Assembly (NCBI GenBank): GCA_951406725.2
Contig: OX597815.1
Location: 4,774,001-4,838,000 of the forward strand
Length of the DNA: 64,000 nt
From: Octopus vulgaris
Lineage: Eukaryota
Direction: 5' to 3'
Shown here: one piece after another, positions 25,481-39,625 of the stretch
Layout of the letters: every line of letters begins with the position of its first letter
Position numbering within the stretch: position 1 is the stretch's first letter
The notes under the pieces: model-generated
Told to the model about the DNA's origin: nothing
Databases searched by the model: none
What the model saw: the letters and a program-made list of their open reading frames with translations, nothing else
Made by a program: the position numbers and the translations under genes

Positions 25481-26339
25481 CATGTGTATACACATCTCTC
25501 TCTCTCTACACACACACACACACATACTGCTTCACCATTTCTCTTTTATAAGGCTGAAATGAAAAGTATCCTCCAAACACCAGACATCGTCATTATTAAA
25601 ACCACCAGCAGCACTAGATCCTATACCACTATCATGAACCATCTTCAAGAACTCTAACAACAACCAACTTCCACCATCACCACATCTACTCCAACCACTA
25701 CCACCACCACCACCATCCCTCCTACTATCCTCATCCATATCAACTCTTCCTTTCCCTCTGTAGGACCACCACTTTTACCACCACCCACACTGCTGCCACC
25801 ACCTGCAAGAACTCTACCGTCACAAAAGCCTAATTTCACCTTAATGACCATCTACCCTACTATCGCCAATACCGCCACCACTACCACCACCACCACTCTT
25901 GTTGACCACTTTCTACTACAGCCACTACAACCACCACCATTACCTATTTCTTTACTACCCACAAGGGGCTAAACACAGAGAGGACAAACAAGGACAGACA
26001 AAGGGACTAAGTCGATTACATCGACCCCAGTGCATAACTGGTACTTATTTAATCGACGCCGAAAGGATGAAAGGCAAAGTCGACCTCGGCGGAATTTGAA
26101 CTCAGAACGTAGCAGCAGACGAAGTACTGCAAAGCATTTCGCCCGGTGTGCTAACGGTTCTGCCAGCTCGATGCCTTTCCATCACCATTACCATCACAAG
26201 AGACATGACCAGCTTGTACTTTTGTACAGGATGGCCATGGCTGGAACGTTTGTGTTTATGGTGGTCTTGTTTGATCAAAGGTGACTTGGAGTTAAACAAT
26301 TGTTAACCACACACCACTACTGCCACTATCACCAATACT

Positions 26340-27085
26340 AATTTCATGACCACCACCACCATTACCACCACTGATCCCTCCAATATACCTCTTGCCCTAC
26401 CCACTACACTGCTAGCAGCGTTATCCACCCCACCATGACCACCACAACAAACACAACTTCAATCATCACCCTCACTACTACAGCCAACACACTACAGCCA
26501 TCACTGCCGATGCTACAAACAACAGAAACACCTTCGGTGCCAGCACCACCACCACCACCAGCAACACCACCACCTTCTGTAGTAACCCCCACCAATTAGC
26601 CCACCATCCTCTCCCCTACCACCACCACAATCAATTTCTCTCTTCTCCTCCGCTACCATCAACCATCAACCATCAACCACCACCACCACCACCATCAACA
26701 CCTTCAGTAGTAACCCATATCAATTAGTCTCCCATCCTCTCCCTGCCACTACCATCAACACCTTCAATAATAACCCCCACCAATTATTCCACCATCCTCT
26801 CCCCTACCACCACCACAATCAATTTCTTGCCCCTCCTCCACTACCATCCTCTCCCCGCCACTACTACCACCACCACCACCATCAACGCCTTCAGTGGTAA
26901 CCCCACCAATTAGCCCACCATCCTCTCCTCGCCACTACCACCACCACCACCACCACCACCACCACCACCACCACCATCAACACCTTCAATAATAACCCCT
27001 ACCAATTAGCCTACCATCTTCTCCCCGACACCACTACCACCACCACCACCTTCACCACCACCACCACCACCACCACCATTACCAC
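26340..27085. repeat. CAC-rich degenerate minisatellite
   Basis: Recurring ACCTTCAGTAGTAACCCCCACCAATTAGCCCACCATCCTCTCCCC units separated by (CAC)n. Confidence 0.85.
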
Positions 27086-27369
27086 AACCATGAGGTCAAC
27101 ATTACCAATGTGTGATGTAAATAGTACATGACATCACAGGCCTCATCTCAGCCGCATAATAATGTGAAGGGGAGTGAGAGAGAGAGCGAGCGAGGAGCGG
27201 TGAGAGTTGTTTACTTGGACTGACTGGGCTGCGGCTAAGAATAGATATTACCGCTACAATAACAACAACAAGAACAACGACGTTTACTGCCAGAATCTCC
27301 TGCGTTACATCACTTGATTTTCTGTGTCTAGCTTCCTTGTAGAACAAAGGAGAGATAGGTGAGTGTGCA

Positions 27370-27419
27370 TGTGTGTGTATATATATATATATATAGGGAA
27401 AAAGATTGATATGTGTGTG

Positions 27420-27453
<34 letters not shown>

Positions 27454-27600
27454 CATACACATAAAAATATATACATATATATATATATACACACACATAC
27501 ATATATACATACACATAAAAAAAATATATATATACATACATACATACATTCATATATACATACATATATACATACATACATATATACATACATATATACA

Positions 27601-27632
<32 letters not shown>

Positions 27633-27854
27633 GATATACATGTATATACATACATATACATGTACATACATATATACATTCATATATACATACATACATA
27701 TATACATTCATATATACATACATACATATATACATTCATATATACATACATACATATATACATACATACATATATACATTCATATATACATACATACATA
27801 TATACATTCATATATACATACATACATATATACATTCATACATACATACATACA

Positions 27855-27912
<58 letters not shown>

Positions 27913-27965
27913 GATAGAAAGATAGCTAGATGCATAGACAGATAGATAGATAGATAGAGATAGAG
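27370..27965. repeat. Compound (TA)/(TACA)/(GATA) microsatellite-minisatellite
   Basis: Direct reading; source of the spurious Y/I/H/T ORFs. Similar tracts at 35555-35860, 51455-51960, 59085-59290, 59750-60328 and 62655-63410. Confidence 0.95.
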
Positions 27966-28518
27966 AGAAATATGTATACATTTAAGAGAGAGTGAGATAA
28001 AGTGAGAGGAAGCAGTGAATTGGAAAGATAAGAGGAAATTATATAAAGAAGGTGGTGGAGTGGTGGTGGGGAGCAGAACAGAAACTTAGAATTAGAGAGA
28101 GACAGAGTGAAATAAATATGAAAAGGTAGACAGGTAGATAGAGAGAGAGGGAGAGAGAGAGAGAGGGAGAGAGAGAGAGGGGAGAAGGAATGAGTGAATA
28201 GTGAAAGGTGGGTGAGTTAGAGGATACTTGACTTTTAAGGTTAAGAGTACAAAGAGGGAGATCATTGTCTAGTGTATGCATGAGAGAAGATTTACATAGG
28301 CACGCATGTGTATGTGTGTATATGTCTATATGTATGTAGATCTGTGAATATATATTATATGTATGCATATATTATATATAAATTTTGAGCTCTGTGGTTA
28401 AGAATCTTGCTTCCCAACCCTGTGTCCTTGGGTTCAGTCACACTGCGGTACCTTGGGACAAGTCTTTTACTATATAGCCCCATGTTGACCAAAGTCTTGT
28501 AAGCAAATTTGGTAGACA

Positions 28519-28551
<33 letters not shown>

Positions 28552-28730
28552 TTTGACCTTTGTTTTGACATCATGTGATGGCTGTGTTGTAAGAAGTTTG
28601 CTTCCCAACCACATGGTCCTGGGTTCAGTCCCACAGTGTGATACCTTGGGCAGGTACCTTGTACTATGGCCAAGGGCTGACCAAAACCTTATGAGTGGAT
28701 TTGTTTGATAGAAACTGAAAGAAGCCTGTC

Positions 28731-28766
<36 letters not shown>

Positions 28767-29110
28767 TTGTACCCCACTACTGCTTGACAACTAATGCTGG
28801 TGGGTTTATGTCCTTGTGACTTAGTAGTTTGGCAAAAGAGACTGATAGAATAAGTACTATGCTTAAAAAAAGTACAGGGGTTGATTCATTTGAACTAAAA
28901 ATTCTTCAAGGCAGTGCCCCAGCATGGCCACAGTCTAATGATTGAAACATGTGAAAAATAAAAGAGACGAGTGATATCGTTTGTTTCCACTGTTTCATGA
29001 AGAAATATTACCTTGCGAGGAAAACAGGCGAAGGTTGGCAACAGGAAGGGCATCTGGCTGTAGAAATTCTGCCACAATAATTCCATCTAACATGGGAAAG
29101 TGGATATTAA

Positions 29111-29142
<32 letters not shown>

Positions 29143-31806
29143 ATTGCATTTTATTAGAGGTTGAAGCTTCTTATATCAGAACTCTTAACATTGTTCAGTG
29201 TTTAAACAATTAAGAGTATGGAAGCAGTGTGACACACTGTCAGCAAAAATATTCGCAAATACATCAAAATATGATCCGGCAGCAGTGCATCAAGATTTGA
29301 TTGATTGCCAAACAGAAACAAAAAAAACAACAGCAACTCATGTTAGAGAATGCGTCACACATTCACCTCTTCAATCTTCATGCACTGAACACATGATATT
29401 TTTATACATTTACATGCAAAACACGTGATGCCGTAATGTCTGTAGTACCATACGGACATACACACGTGTGTGTGTGCTTGTGTGTGTGTTTGTGTAAATC
29501 GTTATTAATCCAAACGAGTGGAGGAACAGAAATGAAGTTAAAAATGCACAGACAATTTACCAGAATTAATCAGAATTTAATTATTCTTTAAAATACAGGA
29601 ACACACTCGACCAGTTTCAAATTAGATTTTCAAAAGTGTATAGGATATGGAGATGTGCCACAGATTATATTTATTAGTGTGTAGGCGTAAGCATGGTAAT
29701 ACTGAGCAAGTGAATTAAGCAAGGAAGGTAGTCATTGTTAATAAAATTTTAGTATTGATAAATAGACATTTTATGTTAATTATGGCCATATTTCATGATG
29801 TGGCAAATCCGTTATTTATGAAACAAACTATTATACCCATCTGGTAGTTGGAGATTCTTTGATAAATTGCAATGAAAGCATCTTTAAGAATTTACCAATT
29901 CCAGTTTGTTTTTTTTTGTTTTAAAATTGTAAAAGGATAGAACAGAATGCTACTTCTGTGAGTGACAAAATTCAGACATTCTGTATAATTTATGTCAGGG
30001 ACATATTTTGTGTAATAGGTCAAATGCTGATTTTTATCATCTTTTAAATTCCAGATATATTTGGAGAGTGAAGTGGTGAAGCACCTGTCAGAGTGGCTGA
30101 ATGTTTTTTATTTGTTTTTTTTTCTTTCTTGCTGCTTATCAAGGTGGGAGGGATAGCACTCATGATTTGTTATATTTCCAGGGCTTCTAAGGCTACTGAG
30201 AGAAATAGATGAGGTGACAACTTCCTGGGAACCTGGTTCAAATGCTTGCAACAAAGTTAACGCTATTAAATGCACACAGGGATCAGCTTATAATGTTCGG
30301 CCAGACTACGTCTGTCACCCGAAACTCCAGAAAGCAAGGCTTCAAGACTGACATTCTAACTTTTCTGTCAATTTACTGCCCTAGACTTTGATCTCAGTGT
30401 GCTGATAGTCAGAAACCTATCAAAAGTTTTACACTCTAATGATTCTGTCAATTTGCTTTAATGTATATGAATATTGTTAGAATCTTATTTAAAAGTATTT
30501 TTAGTTAGTAGCTCTACATAGCTTTTTGTTTCATTGATATTTGGTCAGCCTAGATCAATAAACTAATGTTTTAGAAAGGCACAATTCTCAAGGAAGTAGA
30601 TATTAGTGTGGATTCAATTATATAGTATAGTAGAATTTTGTGTGTTCATAGTGGAACGGTTTCTTCTGTTTATCCTGGTTATGGAAGCAGCAAGAGTTTT
30701 GGTGCAGTTGTAGCTTACCTTAAGACTACCTTATTAAATATCTTATGTTATTTATGGTCTTTGAGTCAATACACATTAATAAGTTTGAGAAAAATTTAAG
30801 CAACATTTAAACTAGCGGGTGGATTTTACCATCCAATATTTCATTTTCTACTTCTGTGGTTATGAATATTAGTGTTGTACTTTATGTAAGGCAGCCTCTC
30901 TTTGAAGCCACTGTCATTTAATGTGACATTGCAGTTATTCAATTAGACAAGTTGAATAAGGTGACACTTGAAATCCAAAATACTCTACACACCTAAATAT
31001 ATATATCACAAGTTAATAAATCCACCCTTTACTCTTTCATTCATTTGTTCCAGCTCATGGTCTGTGGCCATATTGGAGCAGCACAGTTATTGTTGCTACT
31101 CTTTCTTTTCTATATAACCTGACTTATGTGGTTGGATTTTGATGACCATGGAAATCTGGTACTTTTGCCCTCATTTCGTCGTAGCTCTTGTCACAAAAGA
31201 GATTCAACAAGAATCTCAAGTGTTTGTTGAACATATTTACAACAGCATATTGAAACAGCTGTAGGCTTTTGAACCCTTAGCAATTAGACTATCTGGCCCT
31301 AACTCTAGATAGAGATGATGGGATATTTGGCACTATCTGGTTGCAGTCACAGACCATAGATACTGTAAGACCTTTAATAGAAGTAGAAGTACAGTTACAG
31401 CATCATAACACCCACTTCCCACAGATCATATAATATATACATCATCATCATCATCATTGTCATTTTGACATTCACTTTTCCATGCTTCTAGGATGGGATG
31501 CCCTTCCTGTTGCCAACCATCCCCTGTCTCCAAGCAAGGTAAGTATTTTCCCATGCACAGACATGTTCTCACAGAACATTGGAAATGAATGACACTGCTT
31601 GTATGACAGGGACACTCATTTACAACTACCAAGCAATGTCAAGACAAGGACACACACACACACACACATGCATGTGTGCACAGGAAGTGCACTATTCCCA
31701 AACAAACATGATAAACTAATAAGGAAATTTTTAATAAGATTAAATGTGAACAGAGACATGTCTTCAAGATATTCTGTCCATGTGACATTGTATATTATAC
31801 ATATGC

Positions 31807-31837
<31 letters not shown>

Positions 31838-31994
31838 CAGGTGTATGCTGATAATACTGAGGAAGAGTGTGAAGCAAATTACGCAACAGGCCAATTTGCA
31901 TGCGTAATACCAAGGACAGTGAGAGAGAGAGAGATAGGGATGGGAGTCAGGGAGTGGAATGCTGTGAGAGCATCCCAGCCAGCAACAACAACAG

Positions 31995-32024
<30 letters not shown>

Positions 32025-32027
<3 letters not shown>

Positions 32028-32238
32028 AAAAAAAAAAGTCAAGGTAGAAAATGCTAAAATAATTTTATAAAAAACATTTCAGTACCGGCTTCGGTCACTG
32101 AGACTTTTTCAACTGTAAGTATGGAAAACAATTAGATTTTGGGAAAATTAAATGAAAAGTATTTTAAAAGAATATTTGCATAGTGTTTGAATACAAGAGG
32201 CATTTTCCTTGTTTTTGCCTGTCTCTGTGTCTCTTGTT

Positions 32239-32242
<4 letters not shown>
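32025..32242 (-). mobile_element. Solo Penelope pLTR copy within (TA)n; U3-A8 hammerhead 32080-32115
   Basis: Near-identical to 21790-22018; CAG-TTGAAAA-A-GTC(TCAGT)GAC-C-GAAG-CCGG-TA-CTG. Confidence 0.75.
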
Positions 32243-32290
<48 letters not shown>

Positions 32291-35200
32291 TAGTGGTAAG
32301 TGGGACCACACCTGATGGGCAGTGGAAATGGTGATGGAAAGATTGATGAATGTCAAAGGAAGAATGACCAGACAGTAGGCAACACGGGAGGATAATTGGG
32401 GGGGGGGGGCGGGCGGCAGTTAGTAAAACCACTTTATCCAACTATCCAGATGCAGAAGGACAAAGGAGGTTGGTGGAGGGCAGGGGTGGATTGAATATAG
32501 CAAAATCGAATGTTTGCTTCTAATTTGACAGGCAGTAAAGTACAGTGAATGGGAAGATGTGGGAGAAGATGTTGGATAAGGGAGAGAGAGAGAGGTGATG
32601 TAGCATGGATAAGGGCCCACTGTATATCACCCATTAATATGACCCTTTATCATCCCTTTTGTAAAATGTAGCATCTTTTCGTAAGTCTTTGCTACCCTGC
32701 CCTAAGTCTTCCTCTGTCTCTCTCCCTTATCCACAGACATCATTCACTTTGAGTGCCAACCATTTGAGTGCCAACCATTCTTAAGCTACCATAATCCTCC
32801 TTACCCATCATATTGCCCCATATTCCTGTTCAAGAACAGTCTCCTGTCTTGTACACTATTCAAATTCTCTCTTATATCTCAGCTCATTTCTACTTCAGCA
32901 TCATTAAACACCATCATTCCACATTCAGCAGGTCCTGCTTGCTTCATTCACTCTCATCCAGAATCCAACACCACACACAAACAACATTCAAACTGCCCTT
33001 GACTTTGAGAGAGAGAAGCTGTTCTTCATTGCCAACAATGGTCTGGGCTCCTTGAAAATTTTTCCAATCCCTTTTTACTCTGTCACCAGACTTATTGAAC
33101 ACCTTACCCCAGATCCCATTACAAATTAGATCATTTGGGAAACAAAACCCATCAACTATTTCTCTGGAGACATCTAGCCATTTGAGTGAATCTCTCAAAT
33201 ACTCTTAAGGCCTATTTCCGCCTCTTTAGCTGATGCGTATAAAACCTATTTTCTCTGTTAGTCCACTTGTGTCTGCCCCGCTCCTCCACTGCACCTTTTT
33301 TGCCCACTGTATAAATGAGGTACTTTTTTGCAAATTTTTACCAATTCCTTTTCTGCAAACAAAGTTCAACCATTTCTCTGATGGTAGCAGGATCTTATCT
33401 CCCTGCTTACAAAGACTTTTACTTTTAGGCCCTTAAAATCCAGGTTTTGCTTCCATGTCAGGAATTGTTTCAATTCTTCAGAAGAACTACGTCCTCATTA
33501 TACTAGAGTACTTAAGGACTCAAATGGTCTTAAATGATGCTGCTTTCAGAGGTATGATGAATAAAAGAGGTCTGCAAACAAAGTTCTGACAGACCCATAC
33601 TTGCAAGCTGAATTTGTTGCTAAAATCATTGCCGACTGCCCTTCTGTACATGGTTTCTAAAGCCCTCACAGACCTATTTCTTTACTACCCACAAGGGGCT
33701 AAACACAGAGAGGACAAACAAGGACAGACACACGGATTAAGTCGATTATATCAACCCCAGTGCATAACTGGTAGTTATTTAATCGACCCCGAAAGGATGA
33801 AAGGCAAAGTTGACCTCAGCGGAATTTGAACTCAGAACGTAGAGACAGATGAAATATCGCTAAGCATTTCGTCCGGCGTGCTAATGTTTCTGCCAGCTCG
33901 CCGCCATAAAATCCTCACAGACCATTCGTCTCTCCCTAGTTTCCAAAGTGAAAGGATGCCAAAAGGTGCCTCCAAATCACCGGAATCTAGGTACCAAACT
34001 TACACCTATCTAAGTACCTCTCTTGTAATTGTCTCATTAACAAAGTGATATTAGCCGTACCTCTTATTGGCACAAAGTCAAACTTCATCTGAATCCAGGC
34101 AAATCCTGTTTCCAATTAATTTTTGGCAAAACCTCTTCTCGTTCCTTCCATGACATTCACCAACTGTTTCACACCTCAGTCACTTGGCTTTCTCACTTTT
34201 TCGCATTTGTTCTTCACCTGCGAGTCTTTTTTTTTTTTCATCTTTTACTCGTTTCTGTCATTAGACTGTGGTCAGGCTGGAGCACTGCCTTGAAGCATTT
34301 TAGTTGAATGTATTGGCCCAAGTACTTATGTTTTTTGAAACCTGGTACTTATTCTATCAGTCTTTTCTGCCAAATTGCTAAGTTATGGTGATATAAATAC
34401 ACCAACACTGGCTGCCAAGCAGTGGTCGGGGACAAACGTACACACAAAAACACGAGGGGCTTCTTTCAGTTTCCATCTACCAAATCCACTCATAAGTCTT
34501 TGGTTGGCCCAAGGCCAAGATACTTGTCCAACGTGACATGCAGTAGGATTGAACCTGAGACCATATGGCTAGGAAACAAACTTCTAAATATACAGGCACA
34601 CTTAAACCTATATATATATATATATATCATATATATGTTGTATCTTCATTTAAAATATATGACCGTAATCATATTTTTTTCTACCCTAGGCACAAGGCCT
34701 GAAATTTTTTGGGAGGGGGCCAGTCAATTAGATCGACCCCAGTACACAACTGGTACTTAATTTATCGACCCTGAAAGGATGAAAGGCAAAGTCAACCTTG
34801 GTGGAATTTGAACTCAGAACGCCAAGCATTTCGCCTGGCATGCTAACATTTCTGCCTGCTCACAGAAATCCTATTACACAGTGTTATCAAGGCCTAGCTT
34901 TATATTTATAAGCATGTAAAAGTACACACATTTTTATTTATATCTAATGATATATACATCTTGATACACACACACACACACACACATACACACCACCACA
35001 CATGTGTGTGTTTGTGTAAATTTTCTGAATGTCAGAATTACCAAGAAAATACAATTGTCTGAATCTGTAAAATAAACCAGGTAAAAAGAAAAAATTCTGA
35101 CATTCATAAACACGAGCGCGTCTATTTTTGTTTATATCTGTACCGATGACAGCTTCTTTGCAGGACATAAATATACGGTGTTATTTATGAATTTAATTAG

Positions 35201-35805
35201 CAGAAATTCAATTAAGAAAAAAATCCGATGGACTGAAATCTAATAAAGACAAAAGAAAAAAAGCAAAGAAATCCAACAACACTGGAATAAAACCATTTGT
35301 TAAGAAATGAAGAAGCACAGAAACTAAATTCTTAAAATAGTTTGAGAAATTCAATTGAGAGGAGGCGGAGTTTAGCAAAATGTATGAATGGAGACAGTTT
35401 ACTACTTGTGACTTCAGGTAGCAGAAGGACACAGAGGACACACGGACACACACACACACACATGTATATATAAATAACATTATGAATGACTATTATAGAA
35501 CAGGTTCGAATGTATGGTGGTGGTGGTGGTGGTTAGGAGGAAGTTAATGTATATCAGACACACACACATACAGAGATACATATACCCACACATGTATATA
35601 TATATATACACACACACACACATGTATATATATATATATACACACACATATATATATATATACACACATACACACACACACATATATATATATACACACA
35701 CATATATATACACACACACACATATACACACACACACATATGTATATATATACACACATATATACACACATATATACACATATATATACACACACATATA
35801 TACAC

Positions 35806-35856
<51 letters not shown>

Positions 35857-36327
35857 AACACACATCCTGTTTTGTAAGAGACGGCAACAACAATGCGGTG
35901 ACATTCATGGGTTTTCCCAAAGGTATCAGTAGTTGGAGTGGGGTGGGGTGGGGAGTATACCCCCCCCCCGGGGACACTGTGTCTTTTCTGTTATTATTAG
36001 AAAACTTAAGTTACATACATACAAAAGAAGTAAAAGGTAAAATGGGATGTTGTGGCAATCATCACTTCATCTGTCAATAGCATATGTAGGGAGACAGACA
36101 GATAAATACACATATATATATGTGTGTATATATATATATACACACACACAGGTGTGTATATATTTATTCACACACACACACATATATATATATAAAAACA
36201 CACACACACAGGTATATGTGTATATCTGGGTGTATACACACATGTATGTATATCTGTCTTTCTACCTATATATCAAGTTTCATTTATATTAATGTTTTTG
36301 TTTATGTTCAGTACAAATTTATAATTC

Positions 36328-36418
36328 GACAGTGACTTCGAAGTTTCGGCCGGCTAAGCCATCATCAGATTGGCAGAGTGACGACCGCTTAGCTGACCAA
36401 AACTTGGAAGTCACTGTC
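36328..36418. ncRNA. Inverted pair of hammerhead motifs
   Basis: Minus strand: CAAT-CTGATGA-T-GGC..GCC-GAAA-CTTCGAAG-TC-ACTG (36372-36330). The plus strand carries a decayed mirror copy (36374-36418). Confidence 0.55.
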
Positions 36419-36640
36419 AACAACATTCCTGCATAAGAATTAAAAAAAAAAAAAAAACATTTACTTCATATATACATATATATAGATAGAAACACACACA
36501 CACACTCATATATAATCACATAGATAAATACACTGATACACACAGACATACATATATACTTACACACACACACATACACACACTCATATATAATTATATA
36601 GACAAATACACTAATACACACATATATACATATATATATA

Positions 36641-36675
<35 letters not shown>

Positions 36676-36771
36676 ATACATAAGTGGAGTTGATAATAAT
36701 TACAGAACCAAAGAAATTATCCAAGAATTTAGATTCTTTTCTTTTGGAATTGCATAAAGAACACATTTTAC

Positions 36772-36810
36772 CTTGCTGCAAGCAGGTGCGTCGTAGGTGG
36801 TGCAGGGCAT
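36772..36810 (-). CDS. RCAN: Putative RCAN first coding exon, MPCTTYDAPACSK
   Basis: First ATG after the predicted TSS, with no upstream ATG in ~420 nt of 5' UTR and A at -3. 13 codons, then donor AAG/GTAAAA in phase 0, compatible with the phase-0 acceptor at 11868. Assignment to RCAN is inference. Confidence 0.6.
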
Positions 36811-37229
36811 GATGAAAGTACCTTCTTGTACTGTTTGAAACGGCTAAGATCTTGGAACGACTCCCTTTCTCTTGGTTTTTACTTATTTTTGTTTTTGTTG
36901 TTGGGATCCCTTTTTGTCTTCCCCTTTTTCTTCTTATATCCGTCTTCCGTTAATTCCTTATACTTTGGTTTATCAATTTCTACACAGAGGCACCGCTGAG
37001 AAAACGGGTTCCACAGAGGCAGAGAGAGAGACAAGAGTTGTAGGAGAGGGGTTATAGATAAAGGTAGAGTATACTCTAGAGGAAGAGAGTGTGGGGCTAA
37101 GTCCACCTTGGTTAGGGAGTGAGTTGGATGAGGTTGGCTAAAGAGAGGATGTGTACCAAAGTACTCAGAGCAACACAAAGAATCTCGACAGAGATCTGCT
37201 AGGTCTCTCCTCCAAGAGTGTCGGCTGGT

Positions 37230-37264
37230 GACTGAGCTGCTGCTCTCTCACTGCTAGGCTTATA
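37230..37264 (-). promoter_or_regulatory. Pol II core promoter: TATA box plus Initiator
   Basis: TATAAG at 37264-37259 and invertebrate-type Inr TCAGTC at 37235-37230. The +1 A (37233) lies exactly 31 nt downstream of the first T of TATA. Confidence 0.7.
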
Positions 37265-37533
37265 TCACACATAAGATTGAACAAACGGTAAAGGTGAGAC
37301 GTGTGTGTGTGGAGGAAGAGAGGGAGGTGGTGGAAGGAGAAGGAGGAGGAGGAAGAAGAGGAGGAGACATCTTTATTCCATAAAAAAGTTACACAGAAAT
37401 GTGAGGGTGTCGGTGGTGGAGATGTTATGAAGGTATAGGCAGAGCTGGTTGTTTGGTGGTGGTGGTGGTGGTGAAAGCCAATCAGCGGGGGTGTTGGCGG
37501 CAGTTTGGATGGTATTGACAGTTTGACTTCTGT

Positions 37534-37564
<31 letters not shown>

Positions 37565-37735
37565 GGTGGTGGTGGTGGTGGTGGCTTGGATGGTATTGAC
37601 AGTCTGTTGGTGGTGGTGGTGGTGGTGGTGATGGTATTGGTGGAGGTGATGGTTGGCAATAATGATTAGTGATGGTGGCAGTGGTGGTGGTCGTCATTTT
37701 TGAGGTACTGGTAGTCTGCTCTCAAGTAATAGCAA

Positions 37736-37768
<33 letters not shown>

Positions 37769-38530
37769 TAGTAGTAGTAGTAGTAGCAGCTATAGTGGTG
37801 TATTGGTTGGGATGTAGGTAGTGGTGGCGGTGGTAGTAGTAGTGGTGATATTTGTCAATACCATTTTGTCATTGTGGTAGTAATCGTTGTAGTGTTGTTT
37901 ATGTTAATGATGATGGTATTTGGGATGGTGGTGGTGGTGGTGGTAGCAGCGATGATGAGGCTTGTGATGGTGATGGTGGTAGAGTTGGTGGTGGTGGTGG
38001 TGGTGGAGGGGGCAGTGGTGAGGATTGCAATATCAAAATAGCTGTTGTTGTTGTCGTTGTTGTTGTTATTGATAAACCCGTCATTTGATCTGATCAGGCA
38101 AATCTGTACCCACAGGCGTCCTGGCCATGACCATCCCCACCTCTTTAATATGTACTGTGAACCCAGCACCGTATCATCTAGTGTGACCTTCCCTTGGACA
38201 CTAAGGTTGGGATTTGAGGGAGATTTGGCTGTTATTTCTAGCAAGTTGAATGACCAACCACATAGAGGCTTCTCTACTGGGTCCAGTGACAACAGTGGTG
38301 GTGGTGGTGGTGGTGGTTGTGGTGGTAGTAGTAGTAGTAGTCAATGTAAAAGCTAGTAATAATGGTGGTATTGAAGGTAGGTATCAAAGTGGTTATTGTA
38401 GTTGAGGTGGTGGTAGTGGTGGTGGTAAAGGTTGTGAGAGTGTGGTGGTAGTACGAAAAAACCAAGAAGTGAGGGAAGTTATTTAAAGAGTGACAGTGTG
38501 TATATATATATATATGTATATATATGTATG

Positions 38531-38561
<31 letters not shown>

Positions 38562-38849
38562 ATATATATGTATGTATATATCTATGTACGTATATATGTA
38601 TGTATGTATATATATATTATATATATATGGAGAGAGAAAAAGAGAGAGAGGAGAGAGAGAGAAAGATATATAGATAGATAGACAGAGATGGATAAATAGA
38701 CTGATAGATAGAGAGGGTGATATATATAAATTGAGAGAGAGAGAGGGAGAGGGAGAGGGAGGGAGAGGGAGAGGGAGAAGTAAATAATAAATAAACTTCC
38801 TTCTGAAACAGATTTTCTTGTAAGCCAAGTGGAGTGTAAGGAAGTCAGA

Positions 38850-39625
38850 ACAAATACCACCACCACCACCACCACCACCACCACCACCACACAACAACAA
38901 CACCACCACCAACACCACCACAACAACAACACCACCACTATTACCACCACCACCACCACCTACAACAACAACAACAACACCACCACTATTACCACCACCA
39001 CCACCACCACCATAACACTACCACCACCACCATCAACACCACCACCATAACACCACCACCACCACCACCACCACCACCACCACCATCAACACCACCACCA
39101 TAACACCACCACCACCACCACCACCATAACACCACCACCACCACCATCAACACCACCACCATCAACACCACCACCAACACCACCACCATCAACACCACCA
39201 CCATAACACCACCACCACCACCACCACCATAACACCACCACCACCACCATCAACACCACCACCATAACACCACCACCACCACCACCACCATAACACCACC
39301 ACCACCACCATCAACACCACCACCATCAACACCACCACCAACACCACCACCATCAACACCACCACCAACACCACCACCATCAACACCACCACCACCATAA
39401 CACCACCACCACCACCACCACCATCAACACCACCAGCACAACACCACCACCACCACCATCAACACCACCATAACACCACCTCCACCAACAACAACAACAC
39501 CACCACAACCACCACCACTACCACCACCATCATCATCACCACCATCACCACTACCATCAACACCACCACCACCACCACCACTATTACCACCACCACCAAC
39601 ACCACCACCATCACCACCACCACCA
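38850..39625. repeat. (CAC/CAA/CAT)n degenerate trinucleotide array
   Basis: Direct reading. Confidence 0.95.

Noticed and set aside
34944-35168. Minus ORF containing KNRRARVY as a candidate for the missing RCAN RRM exon
   Set aside because: Only a 5-residue resemblance; lacks the flanking F..LF, SF, NF and YFAQ pattern and suitable phase-0 splice sites.
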